Notes: generated by a model not told the origin, from the sequence alone. A stretch of DNA of 64,000 nucleotides from Tolypothrix carrinoi HA7290-LM1 (GCA_019358935.1 JAHHIK010000017.1:31656-95655); one strand, 5' to 3'; shown: positions 21,391 to 31,831, counted from the first letter of the stretch. A program made the numbers and translations.

Positions 21391-23406
21391 ATGATTCCCT
21401 GATCGCGCGTCCGGAATATTGGTATATCTGCTCACATTGACTCTGGTAAAACTACGTTATCAGAGCGAATTCTCTTCTACACGGGCAGAATCCACGCAAT
21501 TGAGGAAGTGCGGGGAGGCGGAAAGGGCGCAACAATGGACTTCATGGACTTAGAAAAAGAACATGGTATCACCATCACCTCAGCGGCGACAACTTGCCAA
21601 TGGCATGATACCCAAATCAACTTAATCGACACACCAGGACACGTAGACTTCACGATTGAAGTAGAACGTTCTCTGCGGGTGCTGGATGGTTCCGTAATGG
21701 TGCTGTGTGCGGTGGCGGGTGTGCAGTCCCAATCCATCACCGTGGATCGGCAAATGAAGCGATATCGCGTGCCGCGTTTGGCGTTCATCAACAAGATGGA
21801 TCGCCTTGGTGCTGACCCGTTTCGTGTAGTACAAGCTATGCGAGACAAGTTGCAATTGAATGCTGTATTACTTCAGTATCCGATTGGTAGTGAAGATAAC
21901 TTTCAAGGGGTGATTGACCTCGTGGAAATGACGGCTCACTATTATCAAGGTGAGAACGGAGAAGATTGGGTGAGAAAGTTAATTCCCTCAGCGCTTGTAG
22001 ATGAAGCACAACAAGCACGGGAAAAGCTGCTTGACGCTTTATCGCTGTTCTCAGAAGCAATGACCGAACAGCTGCTAGAAGGTGAGGAAGTTTCCCAAGA
22101 ACTAATTTGGCAAATTATCCGTCAAGCAACTTTAAGCTTGGAACTCACTCCAGTGTTGCTGGGTTCGGCATTCAAAAACAAGGGTGTGCAAAACTTGTTA
22201 GATGCGATCGCTCTTTATCTACCATCACCTATAGATAGGGAATTAGTCAAAACCGCAGAATCGGTGAGTATCTATCCTAACCCTGATGATTCTTTAGTCG
22301 CTTTGGCATTCAAACTAACTGTAGAATCCTTTGGGCAATTGACCTACATCCGCATCTACTCCGGAACGCTGAAACCGGGTGACACTGTATACAACTCGCG
22401 TACCGGGAAACGAGTGCAAATCAATCGCCTAGTAAGAATGCACGCCAACAAGCGAGAAGAGATGCAAGTCGCTGTCGCAGGAGATATTATTGCTCTGTTG
22501 AGTGTAGACTGTGCATCCGGCGATACCTTATGCTCAGGGAAACTACTATCTTTAGAAAGAATGTTCGTGCCGGAACCAGTGATTACGCTATCGATTATGG
22601 CTAAAAAACAGGAATCGGGCGATCGCCTATCCAAAGCACTCAACCGCTTTCAAAAAGAAGACCCCACTTTCCGCGTTACTCACGACCCCGAATCTAGCGC
22701 TACTCTGATTTCTGGGATGGGTGAACTCCATCTAGAAATCTACATTGAGCGCATCCAGCGCGAATATAATACCGAAGTTTACGTTGGTAAACCAGCGGTA
22801 GCATATCGAGAAACCATCTTGCAAAAAGCTACCTTCGACTACCGACTCAAAAAACAGACAGGTGGTTCTGGTCAATTTGCCCACGTTACTGGGTGGATTG
22901 AACCAACAAGCGAACCGTTTGTATTTGAGAATCGTGTAGTTGGCGGTGCAATTCCTAAAGAGTACATCTTGGCTTGTGAGAAAGGTTTCAAAGAGGCGAT
23001 GCGATCGGGACAACTAGAAGGCTATCTTGTTACTGGGGTAAAAGTCGTTCTTGAAGGAGGTTCGTACCACCCAATCGATTCAAGTGAAATTGCTTTTCGG
23101 TCAGCAGCGCATCAAGCTTTGGAACAAGCTTTTATCAAAGCAAATCCTTGCATTTTAGAACCAATTATGCTTGTAGAAGTGGAAACCCCGAATGAGTTTT
23201 TTGGAAGAGTTCAGGGAGATTTATCCTCCCGTCGGGGTTTGCTTTTGGGTTCCGAAACAATGCTTTCATACACGGTGATTCGGGCTGAAGTACCATTAGC
23301 AAAGATGTTTGGGTATTCAACAGACTTGCGTTCTCTTACCTCTGGTATGGCGACTTTCTCAATGGAGTTTGCTTGCTATCGGCAAGCTTTAGCAGTGAAG
23401 TCATAA
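21391..23406 (+). pseudogene. fusA: Elongation factor G paralog with an in-frame TGA at codon 4
   Basis: ATG ATT CCC TGA TCG CGC GTC CGG AAT ATT GGT ATA TCT GCT CAC ATT GAC TCT GGT AAA ACT ([20 protein letters not shown]) is in frame with the 632-aa ORF carrying GITI, DTPGH, NKMD and GMGELHL. Confidence 0.85.
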
Positions 23407-23417
23407 TCAACACATAA

Positions 23418-23448
23418 AAAAAGGCAGACTTGTATGGTCTGCCTTTTC
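23418..23448. terminator. Bidirectional rho-independent terminator
   Basis: AAAAAAAGGCAGAC-ttgtatg-GTCTGCCTTTT between convergent genes. Confidence 0.75.
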
Positions 23449-23550
23449 TATTTCCATTTCATTATTATCTTTCTGGGCAAATACAAACTAAATAATCTGG
23501 GTAGGGAAGGGGGTGAAGACACCCCAACAAAGTGGTGACAAAGGAGGAAC

Positions 23551-24348
23551 TTAGCCCAAATTGAGAGACTTTTGGTTTTTGCGTTTGCGGAGGAACATAC
23601 CACCACCTATAGCCAGCATACCTAAAGCAAGGCTAGGCTCAGGTACTGTGCGGAAGGAGTGGTTATCGCTTTCAAATCCACCACCGTATTTTGCTTCTTG
23701 AGAAATCACGATTTTGTTGAAGTATTCATTTGAGTTCTCTGCAAAGAACTCAACGTAGCCATTGCCTTGATAGTACGTTTTGCTTCCGGGTGCTGACTGC
23801 ATAGAACTATCACCTGCCTTGGGTCCCGGATGCTGTGCAGAGTAGAGAGCAAACTTACCGATGTCCGCAGTTATAAAGGTTTTGATTAAGGTGTTTCCAT
23901 TGAAGAAAGAGAGAGTATTACCAGGGTGAGCAGCACCCCAGTCTAAACCGAAAGATTTTGCCAAACTCTCTAGGGTAATTGTGACAGAGTTACCAGCCAT
24001 AACTTGCAGATACTTGGAAGTGTTTTTCTCACCATCTGGATCAGTTGGTGCCCAAGTGTTGCTTGTAACTTGCTTCTGACCATTTGCACTACTAAATGAG
24101 TACTGAGCAAATCCAGTGGTTGGTGCTGTACCTTGGACTGTTTTACCTTTTGCGTCTACTGTATTGTTGAAGTCAATCGTGATTGCGTTTTTGTCTTTGG
24201 TATACGCACCTTGATTGGTTTCTCCGTTAGGACCTGTAGTACCTGTGCTCATGGTAAAGGTCATAGCGTGAGCAGCATCAGCGTAGGAGAAGGAAGCGAT
24301 CGCTCCTAAAGATAAAGCAGCAATTGAAGCAAATTTCCTGATAAACAT
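23551..24348 (-). CDS. PEP-CTERM exosortase-dependent surface protein (Npun_F0296-like)
   Basis: Signal peptide ending AHA; GFESDNH; VPEPS followed by TM helix and RKRK. Confidence 0.88.
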   Translation of the reverse strand: MFIRKFASIAALSLGAIASFSYADAAHAMTFTMSTGTTGPNGETNQGAYTKDKNAITIDFNNTVDAKGKTVQGTAPTTGFAQYSFSSANGQKQVTSNTWAPTDPDGEKNTSKYLQVMAGNSVTITLESLAKSFGLDWGAAHPGNTLSFFNGNTLIKTFITADIGKFALYSAQHPGPKAGDSSMQSAPGSKTYYQGNGYVEFFAENSNEYFNKIVISQEAKYGGGFESDNHSFRTVPEPSLALGMLAIGGGMFLRKRKNQKSLNLG

Positions 24349-25024
24349 GATTGTAAGCTCGTGTCGTTTTCCGTGTCTTGAGCCAATTATGTGACTTATT
24401 AGTTACAAAAAAACAGGATGTATTTACTGAAATAAGATTTTTCCTTGAGCAGACAGATTTTGTAACTTATTTAACCAAAATATAAAAAAAAATCAGTGAT
24501 TTTACTTTCACAAACGTGAAGATAAACAAGTTAAAGGTACTAATATTTGTGAAGAAACAGATATTAATAAAGAAGTTGTGTACTTGTCCAGTGTTATTTT
24601 TAAGGAGCGATGAAGTAGAGAGAATGTTTTCTCTGTATTGGGAGTCTCTAAAAAATGTAACGAGGGTAAATAAGGCGATCGCTCCCGCACCTGCCGTACT
24701 CGGCATCGCTTTTTGACAATGACACGAGCCGTAAATAACAGTTCGATGATTTCCCGCATTAGGGCATATTAGACTTCTTGCATAAATCAAAAAGAAGAAC
24801 CCCACCCCGCCTTTAACTTACGTCAAAGTCTCCCCTCCCCGCCTGCGGCCCGGGGTTGGGGTTTTGGGGAATGAGTGCAATCTTGTCTATTGTATTGGTA
24901 ATCAACAAATAAAAATAGGCAGACATATGAGTCTGCCTTTGATGTTACTATTTGATTATTTATTGTATGTAAAAATACGGTAGAGGAAACAAACGCACCT
25001 CTACAAAGTTGTAATTAACCGAGT

Positions 25025-25792
25025 TTATCCCAAGTTGAGAGACTTCTGATTTTTGCGCTTGCGGAGGAAGACACCGCCAACAGCTAGTAATCCTAAAGCT
25101 ACACTTGGCTCAGGTACTTTAGCAGAGTACTTGCCTGAACCAGTACGGAATGTGTGGTTGTCAGATTCAAAGCCACCGCCAGCGGTCTGAGAAATCACAA
25201 TTTTATCAAAGTTATCATTCATACCTTCGGAGAAAAACTCGAAGACACCATTCATTTGACCACCATGCTGCGAGGCTGAAACAGGTGCGAGCGCGTTCAT
25301 CATATCATAAGTCAATTCTTTAACGAGGTTTCCTCCCTTGAGGAATTGTAAAGTATTACCTACGCTCAAAGCGCCTGCATCAAAAGCAAAGTAGTTGAAA
25401 ACCTGATTTTTGGCGTTTTCGATGATGACACTGTTACCCTGGAAAACTGCTAAATAATTTGATGTGTTTACTTCTGCCTTGGCGCCAGAAGGTGCCCACA
25501 TATCTGAGTAAATACCAGTTTGCCCAGAATAAGCCGTAGTAGAGTAACTACCCTTAGAAAAAGAGTATTTTACATTATTGTTGCCCGGTACTTTACCATT
25601 GTTGAAATCATATGTTGTATAATCTTTGTCGTTTACTTCCTTAGCAAAAGCACCTTCATTTGTAACTGCACTATCACGGTAAGCACCAGCACTGTAGCTA
25701 AATCCGAGAGCGTGAGCCGAGCCAGCATAGGAGAAGGAAGCGATCGCAGTTAGAGATAAAGCAGCAATTGAAGCAAATTTTTTGATAAACAT
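25025..25792 (-). CDS. PEP-CTERM exosortase-dependent surface protein (paralog)
   Basis: Near-identical signal peptide and C-terminus (VPEPS...RKRKNQKSLNLG) to the previous gene; GFESDNH. Confidence 0.88.
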   Translation of the reverse strand: MFIKKFASIAALSLTAIASFSYAGSAHALGFSYSAGAYRDSAVTNEGAFAKEVNDKDYTTYDFNNGKVPGNNNVKYSFSKGSYSTTAYSGQTGIYSDMWAPSGAKAEVNTSNYLAVFQGNSVIIENAKNQVFNYFAFDAGALSVGNTLQFLKGGNLVKELTYDMMNALAPVSASQHGGQMNGVFEFFSEGMNDNFDKIVISQTAGGGFESDNHTFRTGSGKYSAKVPEPSVALGLLAVGGVFLRKRKNQKSLNLG

Positions 25793-26080
25793 GATGTTTG
25801 GCTCCTGTCGTTTTCCGTGTCTTGAGCCAATTATGTGATTTACTAGCTACAAACTAACAGGATGCATTCACTGAATTTAGATTTATCCTTGAATGGAGAA
25901 ATTTTGTAATTACTTTAACCAGTTAAAAAATCCAAAGCAGTAGTTTTACTTGCAAATACATAAAGAAAAACAAGGTAAACGAACTAATATTTGTGAAGAA
26001 ACTAATTATTGATAAAGAAATTGTGTGTCTGTCCTTCGTCGTTTTTAAGAAGTGGTGAAGCTAGGGTTTCACAAAAACTA

Positions 26081-26165
26081 GACACTCATTGAGACGGTTC
26101 CTTCATCTAAGGGTATCGTGGGGTGTTGCGGATCTATAAAACAAGGAACCGTCTCAATCAGTGTC
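26081..26165. repeat. 23-bp inverted repeat with 39-nt spacer
   Basis: GACACTCATTGAGACGGTTCCTT ... AAGGAACCGTCTCAATCAGTGTC (1 mismatch). Confidence 0.85.
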
Positions 26166-26238
26166 CGGGTTCAGTCCAGGGGGAATTTGTTTGCGTGCAA
26201 CTCCCGGCAGGTGGGGCAAATCTGCCAGAGACTTGAGA

Positions 26239-26880
26239 TTAAAGCATAATCAAACCCAGTCGGACACCAACAGTTACTGCCTCAGTGCGAGACGAAACCC
26301 CTAGCTTCCCAAATATGGATGAGACATGAAACTTGACGGTGTGATCGGAGATATGCAAACGCTTGGCGATCGCTTTATTCCCTAACCCAGAACCAAGCAT
26401 TTCTAAAACCTCTATCTCTCTTGGTGTCAATGTTTGCATGGGTGTAAGCGTCACTTTTTCTCGCATCGACTCTTTGAGAGGAAGCAACTCAACCGCATCC
26501 GGGTGTAAGACAATTAGACCAAAAGCGATCGCCTCGACAGCGGCGATAATCTCTGACTCGGTGCTGGTATCTGGTAAAATGCCCCGTACACCAGAACGCA
26601 GCGCTACTTCTAAGTTGATGCTGTCAAGTTCGTCAGCAATAATCATAATTGGTGATGAGTATTGCTTTTCTTGCATCGAAAGCAATTTTTCCCATACTGA
26701 TTGTTGAAAATTGCCGCTCAAATCTAACAGCACCACCTGTGGTTGTAATTGCACTTCCCCCAAAAGTGCATCTAAGTCAGATACACTACCTACTACTGTC
26801 AGTTGAGGATTGCTTGTCAGCATAGCTGACAAACCTGCCCGCACCACGGGGGAAGCTGCAACTACCATCACCCGAATCAT
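26239..26880 (-). CDS. NarL/LuxR-family regulator with atypical receiver
   Basis: LTPREIEVL...NKAIAKRLHISDHTVKFHV HTH; the receiver's acidic pair is replaced (VVAASP). Confidence 0.88.
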   Translation of the reverse strand: MIRVMVVAASPVVRAGLSAMLTSNPQLTVVGSVSDLDALLGEVQLQPQVVLLDLSGNFQQSVWEKLLSMQEKQYSSPIMIIADELDSINLEVALRSGVRGILPDTSTESEIIAAVEAIAFGLIVLHPDAVELLPLKESMREKVTLTPMQTLTPREIEVLEMLGSGLGNKAIAKRLHISDHTVKFHVSSIFGKLGVSSRTEAVTVGVRLGLIML

Positions 26881-27701
26881 GTCACCTCCACAGCAGTTTT
26901 CCCATCTTGGAACACAGCATAAAAAATGTATTGTTGCCCACCACGCAGAACTTGTAATGGTAGTGATTCGCTATCGCTTTGATTGAGATAGTTGCTTAAA
27001 TCATTCGGTTGAGAGAGCGATCGCCCCGACACCCCAATCAGCACATCACCAACTTGCAAACCAGCTGCTTCAGCAACACTTTGAGAATGCACTGATAAAA
27101 TTAATAAGCCCAAGCTGCGTTTTACCAGTACAGGTTGTAAAGTCACCCCCAGCTTTCGCCGATTTCCATTCAGAAAAAGCTTTACAGTTGAGCTTGATAT
27201 TGCCACAGCCAAATTATTGGCAATCATGGTATTAATTCCGACAACGCGACCGAGACAATCGGCAAGCGGACCGCCGGAATTACCAGGATACAGTTGAATA
27301 TCTGCCATTACCAAACGCCGATCGTTTGTGTGGATAATCCCGGTTGTGACTGCACCACTGTCACCAAATGGATTACCCACAGAAGAGACTAATTCACCTA
27401 CTCGTAGCGCATCTGCATCGCCGATGGTTGCGGTATTTAAGTCAGTGGCGGCAATTTTCAAAGCTGCTAAATCTTGCTGTGGGTCAAAGTGTGTCCGTAC
27501 TGCATCAAATGTGCGTCCATCTGACAATTCGACAGTTGTCTTGTTGCTGGTGGCGACATGGGCGTTAGTGATGATTAAACCGTCTCTTTGCCAGATTACG
27601 CCGGAACCGCTTCCTAAAGAACCGCTACGCACTTTGACGGTAATATTACGTAGTTTAGCAGCTAGGAGTGCTAATTCATCAGTTATTGCTGTGATAGTCA
27701 T
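26877..27701 (-). CDS. S1C serine protease with PDZ (catalytic)
   Basis: [25 protein letters not shown]-terminal PDZ. Confidence 0.88.
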   Translation of the reverse strand: MTITAITDELALLAAKLRNITVKVRSGSLGSGSGVIWQRDGLIITNAHVATSNKTTVELSDGRTFDAVRTHFDPQQDLAALKIAATDLNTATIGDADALRVGELVSSVGNPFGDSGAVTTGIIHTNDRRLVMADIQLYPGNSGGPLADCLGRVVGINTMIANNLAVAISSSTVKLFLNGNRRKLGVTLQPVLVKRSLGLLILSVHSQSVAEAAGLQVGDVLIGVSGRSLSQPNDLSNYLNQSDSESLPLQVLRGGQQYIFYAVFQDGKTAVEVT

Positions 27702-27735
27702 ATTGGGGAAATTGTGATTTTTGAAGTGGGAATTG

Positions 27736-28641
27736 TTACTGAATTGGTTTTTCGCCGATCGCGATCGCTTTGTCCAGCAAAACTCCACCGCGTACAATTT
27801 GCACAGAAACAGTTTTACCAACGCGATCGCTATTATTCAGCAACGCCAGCACATCACCGGTATCGCTGACAGAATTACCATCGAAGGCTACCAACACATC
27901 CCCAAGCAACACACCCGCTTTGTCAGCAGGTCCGTTTGTCTCAACATTGACGACAATCACCCCACCAGCAGAAGTTAAATTTAAGGCGCTTTTCAAGTTT
28001 GCAGGCAAACGTACAGGTTGCATTCCCAAACCCAAATAGCCCCGTGGAATGCGTCCTTTGGCAATTAATTGGTCAACCACGCGATTGACTGTAGAAGCGG
28101 GGATAGTCAAAGCAGTACCGCGCCGTCCGGAAGTATTCATTCCTACCACCAAACCAGCAGCATCTACGAGGGGTCCACCTGCAAAGCCAGGGTAAAAAGT
28201 GATGTCTGGACGGATGAACGAGTCAATATTACCACCGCTCATGCTTCGCCAAGCACCACTAACAACACTCACTGCACCCATAGCCGCTTTTAAGTCACCC
28301 TCGCTACTTCTTGCTAACCCAAGTACTAAATGACCAACTTTGAGCGTGGTAGCGTCGCCAATTTTCGCCACTGGGATTTCTTTGTTTTGTAGCTGCAAGA
28401 CAGCTACATCGGTGCTGGAGTCATGACCTAAGACTTTAGCTGCAACTGTACGATTATCTGTAGTCGTGACAGTAATTTCTTCATAGCGTTGCAGCGACTC
28501 GTCAGAGGTAACAATGATACCATCTCGCCAGTGAATACCGCTAGGAAAAATGCGTCCGCCAGCGTTCACAGCAACAACAGCACTCCCAACCTGCTCTACA
28601 ATATCGGCTAAATTGTTAGACAGAGCCAGTAATGAAGACAT
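27736..28641 (-). CDS. S1C-like protease with PDZ (predicted non-catalytic)
   Basis: Trypsin-like and PDZ domains present, but TSDES replaces TNAHV and PGFAGGPL replaces PGNSGGPL. Confidence 0.82.
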   Translation of the reverse strand: MSSLLALSNNLADIVEQVGSAVVAVNAGGRIFPSGIHWRDGIIVTSDESLQRYEEITVTTTDNRTVAAKVLGHDSSTDVAVLQLQNKEIPVAKIGDATTLKVGHLVLGLARSSEGDLKAAMGAVSVVSGAWRSMSGGNIDSFIRPDITFYPGFAGGPLVDAAGLVVGMNTSGRRGTALTIPASTVNRVVDQLIAKGRIPRGYLGLGMQPVRLPANLKSALNLTSAGGVIVVNVETNGPADKAGVLLGDVLVAFDGNSVSDTGDVLALLNNSDRVGKTVSVQIVRGGVLLDKAIAIGEKPIQ

Positions 28642-28741
28642 AAAATTTCTCCTTTAAACGTTCCTGATGTTCATATCTTGCCGTTTTGCTTTCACAGGTT
28701 ACATCGGAAAAATGGGGAGAATGCATCCTAGAAAAATGGCT

Positions 28742-29175
28742 AGGGAATGGGGAATGGGGAATGGGGAATGGGTAATGGGGCATGGGGCATGGGGGAGCCA
28801 GTGCGTTGGGGAGGCAGTGCGTTGCGGAGGTTCCCTCCGTTGAAGCACCTGCCGTCGGCTCCGCCGACTTGAAGCATAGCCGCGTCATGGAAAGAATCTC
28901 TTATTCCCAATGCCCACGTTCCCAATGCCCACGTTCCCAATTCCCAATGACGGCAGGTGCTACAACGCTCGTGACCTCACGAGCGGGTTCGCCACTACGA
29001 ATAGACCCTACAGGCAACCGCGCTGCCTTGACTCACCGCAACGCACTGCCGATGGCGGACACACTGCTCAAGTCGGGAAACCCTTCCTGTGCAGGTGTCC
29101 TCCCCAATGCCCAATGCCCAATTCCCAATGCCCACGTTCCCAATTACCAATTACCAATTACCAATTACCAATTAC
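28742..29175. repeat. STRR tracts with nested small dispersed repeats
   Basis: GGGAATG/CCCAATG/TTACCAA heptamers flanking nested GC-rich hairpin units such as CAGTGCGTTG...GGAGGTTCCCTCCGTTGAAGCA. Confidence 0.75.
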
Positions 29176-29710
29176 CTTTTTCCCCATTACCCCTAAATAT
29201 TTCTAATGCTTTGGTTTCAAATTCTGTAATTACCGCAGGTTCGTTTTCATACCAAATACGTATTTCTTTCAATGCTTCCTCAGTATTATCTGAAGAATGA
29301 ATTAAGTTATCTACTAAAAAAGTAGCTTTTTTCAGCGCCAGCCTTCTCAGATGATGTTTTTTTGTTTTGCAAAGGTTAGCTGAACCAATTACTTGTGTTT
29401 TCAGAAATTCTCCAAAAGAACTGTAGTTGCTATTATTCGCAATCTCATATTTATCTGTATAATATTCTAGTATAAATATTTGCACTGCTTTTTGGGACAA
29501 GTAATTGATGATAAATGGATACCAAAGTGAATATTGAGAAGATTTGTAATGTTTTGATATTTTTTCTTTATCTACAATAATAGAATATCTTATATGTTTA
29601 ATATCGCCATATTTTGATAGTTTATTTTTAATGAAATTACTTAACTCTATATCATTAGCAGCGGCTGGTTTTAACATTATGAAAACAAATGCATTCAGTT
29701 GTTGTGACAT
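29165..29710 (-). CDS. Nucleoside-diphosphate-kinase-like protein (divergent, AT-rich)
   Basis: FIMLKP at the N-terminus, KHY, and NLIHSSD..EEALKEI..W matching the NDK phospho-His motif. Confidence 0.65.
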   Translation of the reverse strand: MSQQLNAFVFIMLKPAAANDIELSNFIKNKLSKYGDIKHIRYSIIVDKEKISKHYKSSQYSLWYPFIINYLSQKAVQIFILEYYTDKYEIANNSNYSSFGEFLKTQVIGSANLCKTKKHHLRRLALKKATFLVDNLIHSSDNTEEALKEIRIWYENEPAVITEFETKALEIFRGNGEKGNW

Positions 29711-29810
29711 AGCGTTAACTCTAAAAACAGCAAGCAAATTACTTATTTGTTCAGTTTGACATGATTTAACTTTGGATTGCTACAAACAACTGTTGATAAT
29801 AATTTGTAAT

Positions 29811-30179
29811 ATGGATGCGGATGAACTGAAGCGGCGTTATGTCGCAGGGGAAAGAGACTTTACGGGAGCGGATTTAAGCGGAGTTAAGCTGATTAAAGCC
29901 AATTTACCCGGAGTCAATTTATGGGCTGCAAACTTGAGTGCAGCTAACTTAGCTAAAGCAAAATTATGGGGAGCGAACTTTGAGGGAGCTAACTTAGCCA
30001 GAGCCAACTTGACTGGAGCTAACCTCAGCGGAGCGAATTTAAGTCAAGCTAATCTGCGGGGAGCCAAACTAAATAATGTCAAGCTGTATGGAGCTAATTT
30101 CACTGGTGCTTTCTATGATGAAAGTACCCGATTTGCTAGGGGTTTTGACCCTATCAGTCAAAATATGCGCTTAATTTGA
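29811..30179 (+). CDS. Pentapeptide repeat protein
   Basis: MDADELKRRYVAGERDF followed by A(N/D)Lxx repeats. Confidence 0.92.
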   Translation: MDADELKRRYVAGERDFTGADLSGVKLIKANLPGVNLWAANLSAANLAKAKLWGANFEGANLARANLTGANLSGANLSQANLRGAKLNNVKLYGANFTGAFYDESTRFARGFDPISQNMRLI

Positions 30180-30326
30180 TTTTGTTTAACTGAGCATATC
30201 TCGATTGTGGAGTTTTTAGCAAGACGACTTAAATTTGCATTAATTCTTCGGGATTCACTGTTAATTACTTTTAATAGTGTAATATGATATTTGATAATTG
30301 ACTACTAAACGTTAGGTAGGTTTTGG

Positions 30327-30926
30327 TTGCCAGACAATTCTCTCTCGCCAAAAGAAGTCTCTTCTAGTGGACGATCGCGCGTTCTTGATGAGGCTGAACA
30401 GCTATTTCGCAAGCGCGGCTACAATGCTGTGACAATGCGGGATATAGCTGTTGAGGTGGGAATTCGTCAGGCATCGTTATACTATCATTTCAAGAGCAAG
30501 GAGCAACTTTTTGTGGCAGTTACCGAGCGTGTATTTGAGCGTCACCGCACCGGTTTACAGCAAGCGATAAATTATGCAGAAACCAACTTGCGATCGCAAC
30601 TTCAAGCTGCTGCTGAGTGGTTTCTCTCTCAACCTCCTGTCCATTTTTTGAGCATGGCACATACAGATATGCCTTTATTAGGTGAAGAAAATATGAAATT
30701 GCTGTCGATTTGCTATGCCCAGTCTATTTTTGAGCCGCTGGGACAGATTTTTGCCCAAGCGCAAGAGCGAAAAGAAATTCGCAATACTCGTACTCAACTA
30801 CTAGCTGGGTTCTTTTTGTCTGTTATGGAAAGCATTCCCTATGTGACTACTCAACCGGGTACTGCACCCACAGAAGTTATCGTAAATGAAATGATTTCCG
30901 TTTTGTTGGATGGACTCAAGTTGTAA
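30327..30926 (+). CDS. TetR/AcrR family regulator
   Basis: AEQLFRKRGYNAVTMRDIAVEVGIRQASLYYHFKSKEQL. Confidence 0.92.
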   Translation: MPDNSLSPKEVSSSGRSRVLDEAEQLFRKRGYNAVTMRDIAVEVGIRQASLYYHFKSKEQLFVAVTERVFERHRTGLQQAINYAETNLRSQLQAAAEWFLSQPPVHFLSMAHTDMPLLGEENMKLLSICYAQSIFEPLGQIFAQAQERKEIRNTRTQLLAGFFLSVMESIPYVTTQPGTAPTEVIVNEMISVLLDGLKL

Positions 30927-30988
30927 ATAAAAACAGATTAAGGGATAAATTATACCACTGATAACCAAAATAATTTTTTTTGCCTATT

Positions 30989-31008
30989 TACCTATCTAAT
31001 GATAGGTA
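30989..31008. promoter_or_regulatory. Putative TetR operator palindrome
   Basis: TACCTATC-taat-GATAGGTA; a degenerate copy lies at about 30299-30319, before tetR. Confidence 0.55.
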
Positions 31009-31200
31009 GTTAAATTAATCCGAGGGAAATTTTGGAACTATAGCGATCGCCTTGACCGTCTACGTATAAACTATCTCAAAGTTTGCCGCGTTGTTATACC
31101 AGTTGTGTGGGTAATATTTGCGATTGCAATCGACAGATAATTATGGTTTTAATCAAATTACTGCTTAAACTTGTAGTGTTTTATATAGGAGTCAATAAAG

Positions 31201-31659
31201 ATGCAACGTACTTTCAAAAGCCTTTTACTTTTAACCGCTGTTATAAACTTGACAGCTTTACAAGAAGCAAAAGCAGTGTCAAACAGTAGCCTTACCGTCA
31301 CGATTAACGGGTTGAAAAGCCAGCGCGGGCAAGTTTGCCTGAGTTTGTTTTCGGGTGGACGAGGATTTCCTGGCAGTAGCGATCGCGCTGTGGCTGCCCG
31401 TTGTGTCAAAGTAGAAAACACACTGCTGACAGTTAAATTTGACAACTTAAAAGCCGGAAATTATGCGATCGCCGCTTTTCATGATGCCAACGGTGACGGT
31501 ACTCTCAATCAAAATCCGTTGGGTATTCCCACAGAAGAGTTTGGCTTTTCTCAAAACCCGAAAATTCTCACAGGTGCGCCAAAGTTTGCCGATTCTGCGT
31601 TTCTAGTCGCAGGTCCTGAGACTAACATTCAAATTAAGTTGCTGAACTTTTTCGGCTAA
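31201..31659 (+). CDS. DUF2141 domain exported protein
   Basis: Signal peptide; GNYAIAAFHDANGDG.L..N.LGIPTEEFGFSQNP...GAPKF. Confidence 0.88.
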   Translation: MQRTFKSLLLLTAVINLTALQEAKAVSNSSLTVTINGLKSQRGQVCLSLFSGGRGFPGSSDRAVAARCVKVENTLLTVKFDNLKAGNYAIAAFHDANGDGTLNQNPLGIPTEEFGFSQNPKILTGAPKFADSAFLVAGPETNIQIKLLNFFG

Positions 31660-31803
31660 AGTAAAGGCTATAGCATTACTTTGTTGTTATTCTACAGTGA
31701 ATGATAAGTAGGTCGGCGGAAAAATTTACAAGTATGTAACGAAAATTTAACTACAATTAGAGTTAAATTGAAAACCTCGTATGATTTACTGAATTTACTT
31801 TTT

Positions 31804-31831
31804 GCAGCACGATCTCATCATTCTTCGTATA
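31804..31831 (+). promoter_or_regulatory. Putative ECF-like promoter GCAGCA-N16-CGTATA upstream of the sigma-like gene
   Basis: gcagca cgatctcatcattctt cgtata; the same boxes and spacing recur in the downstream repeats. Confidence 0.65.

Noticed and set aside
31041..31068. Extra copy of the sigma promoter (CGTATA at 31063)
   Set aside because: No GCAGCA at the 16-17-nt spacing.
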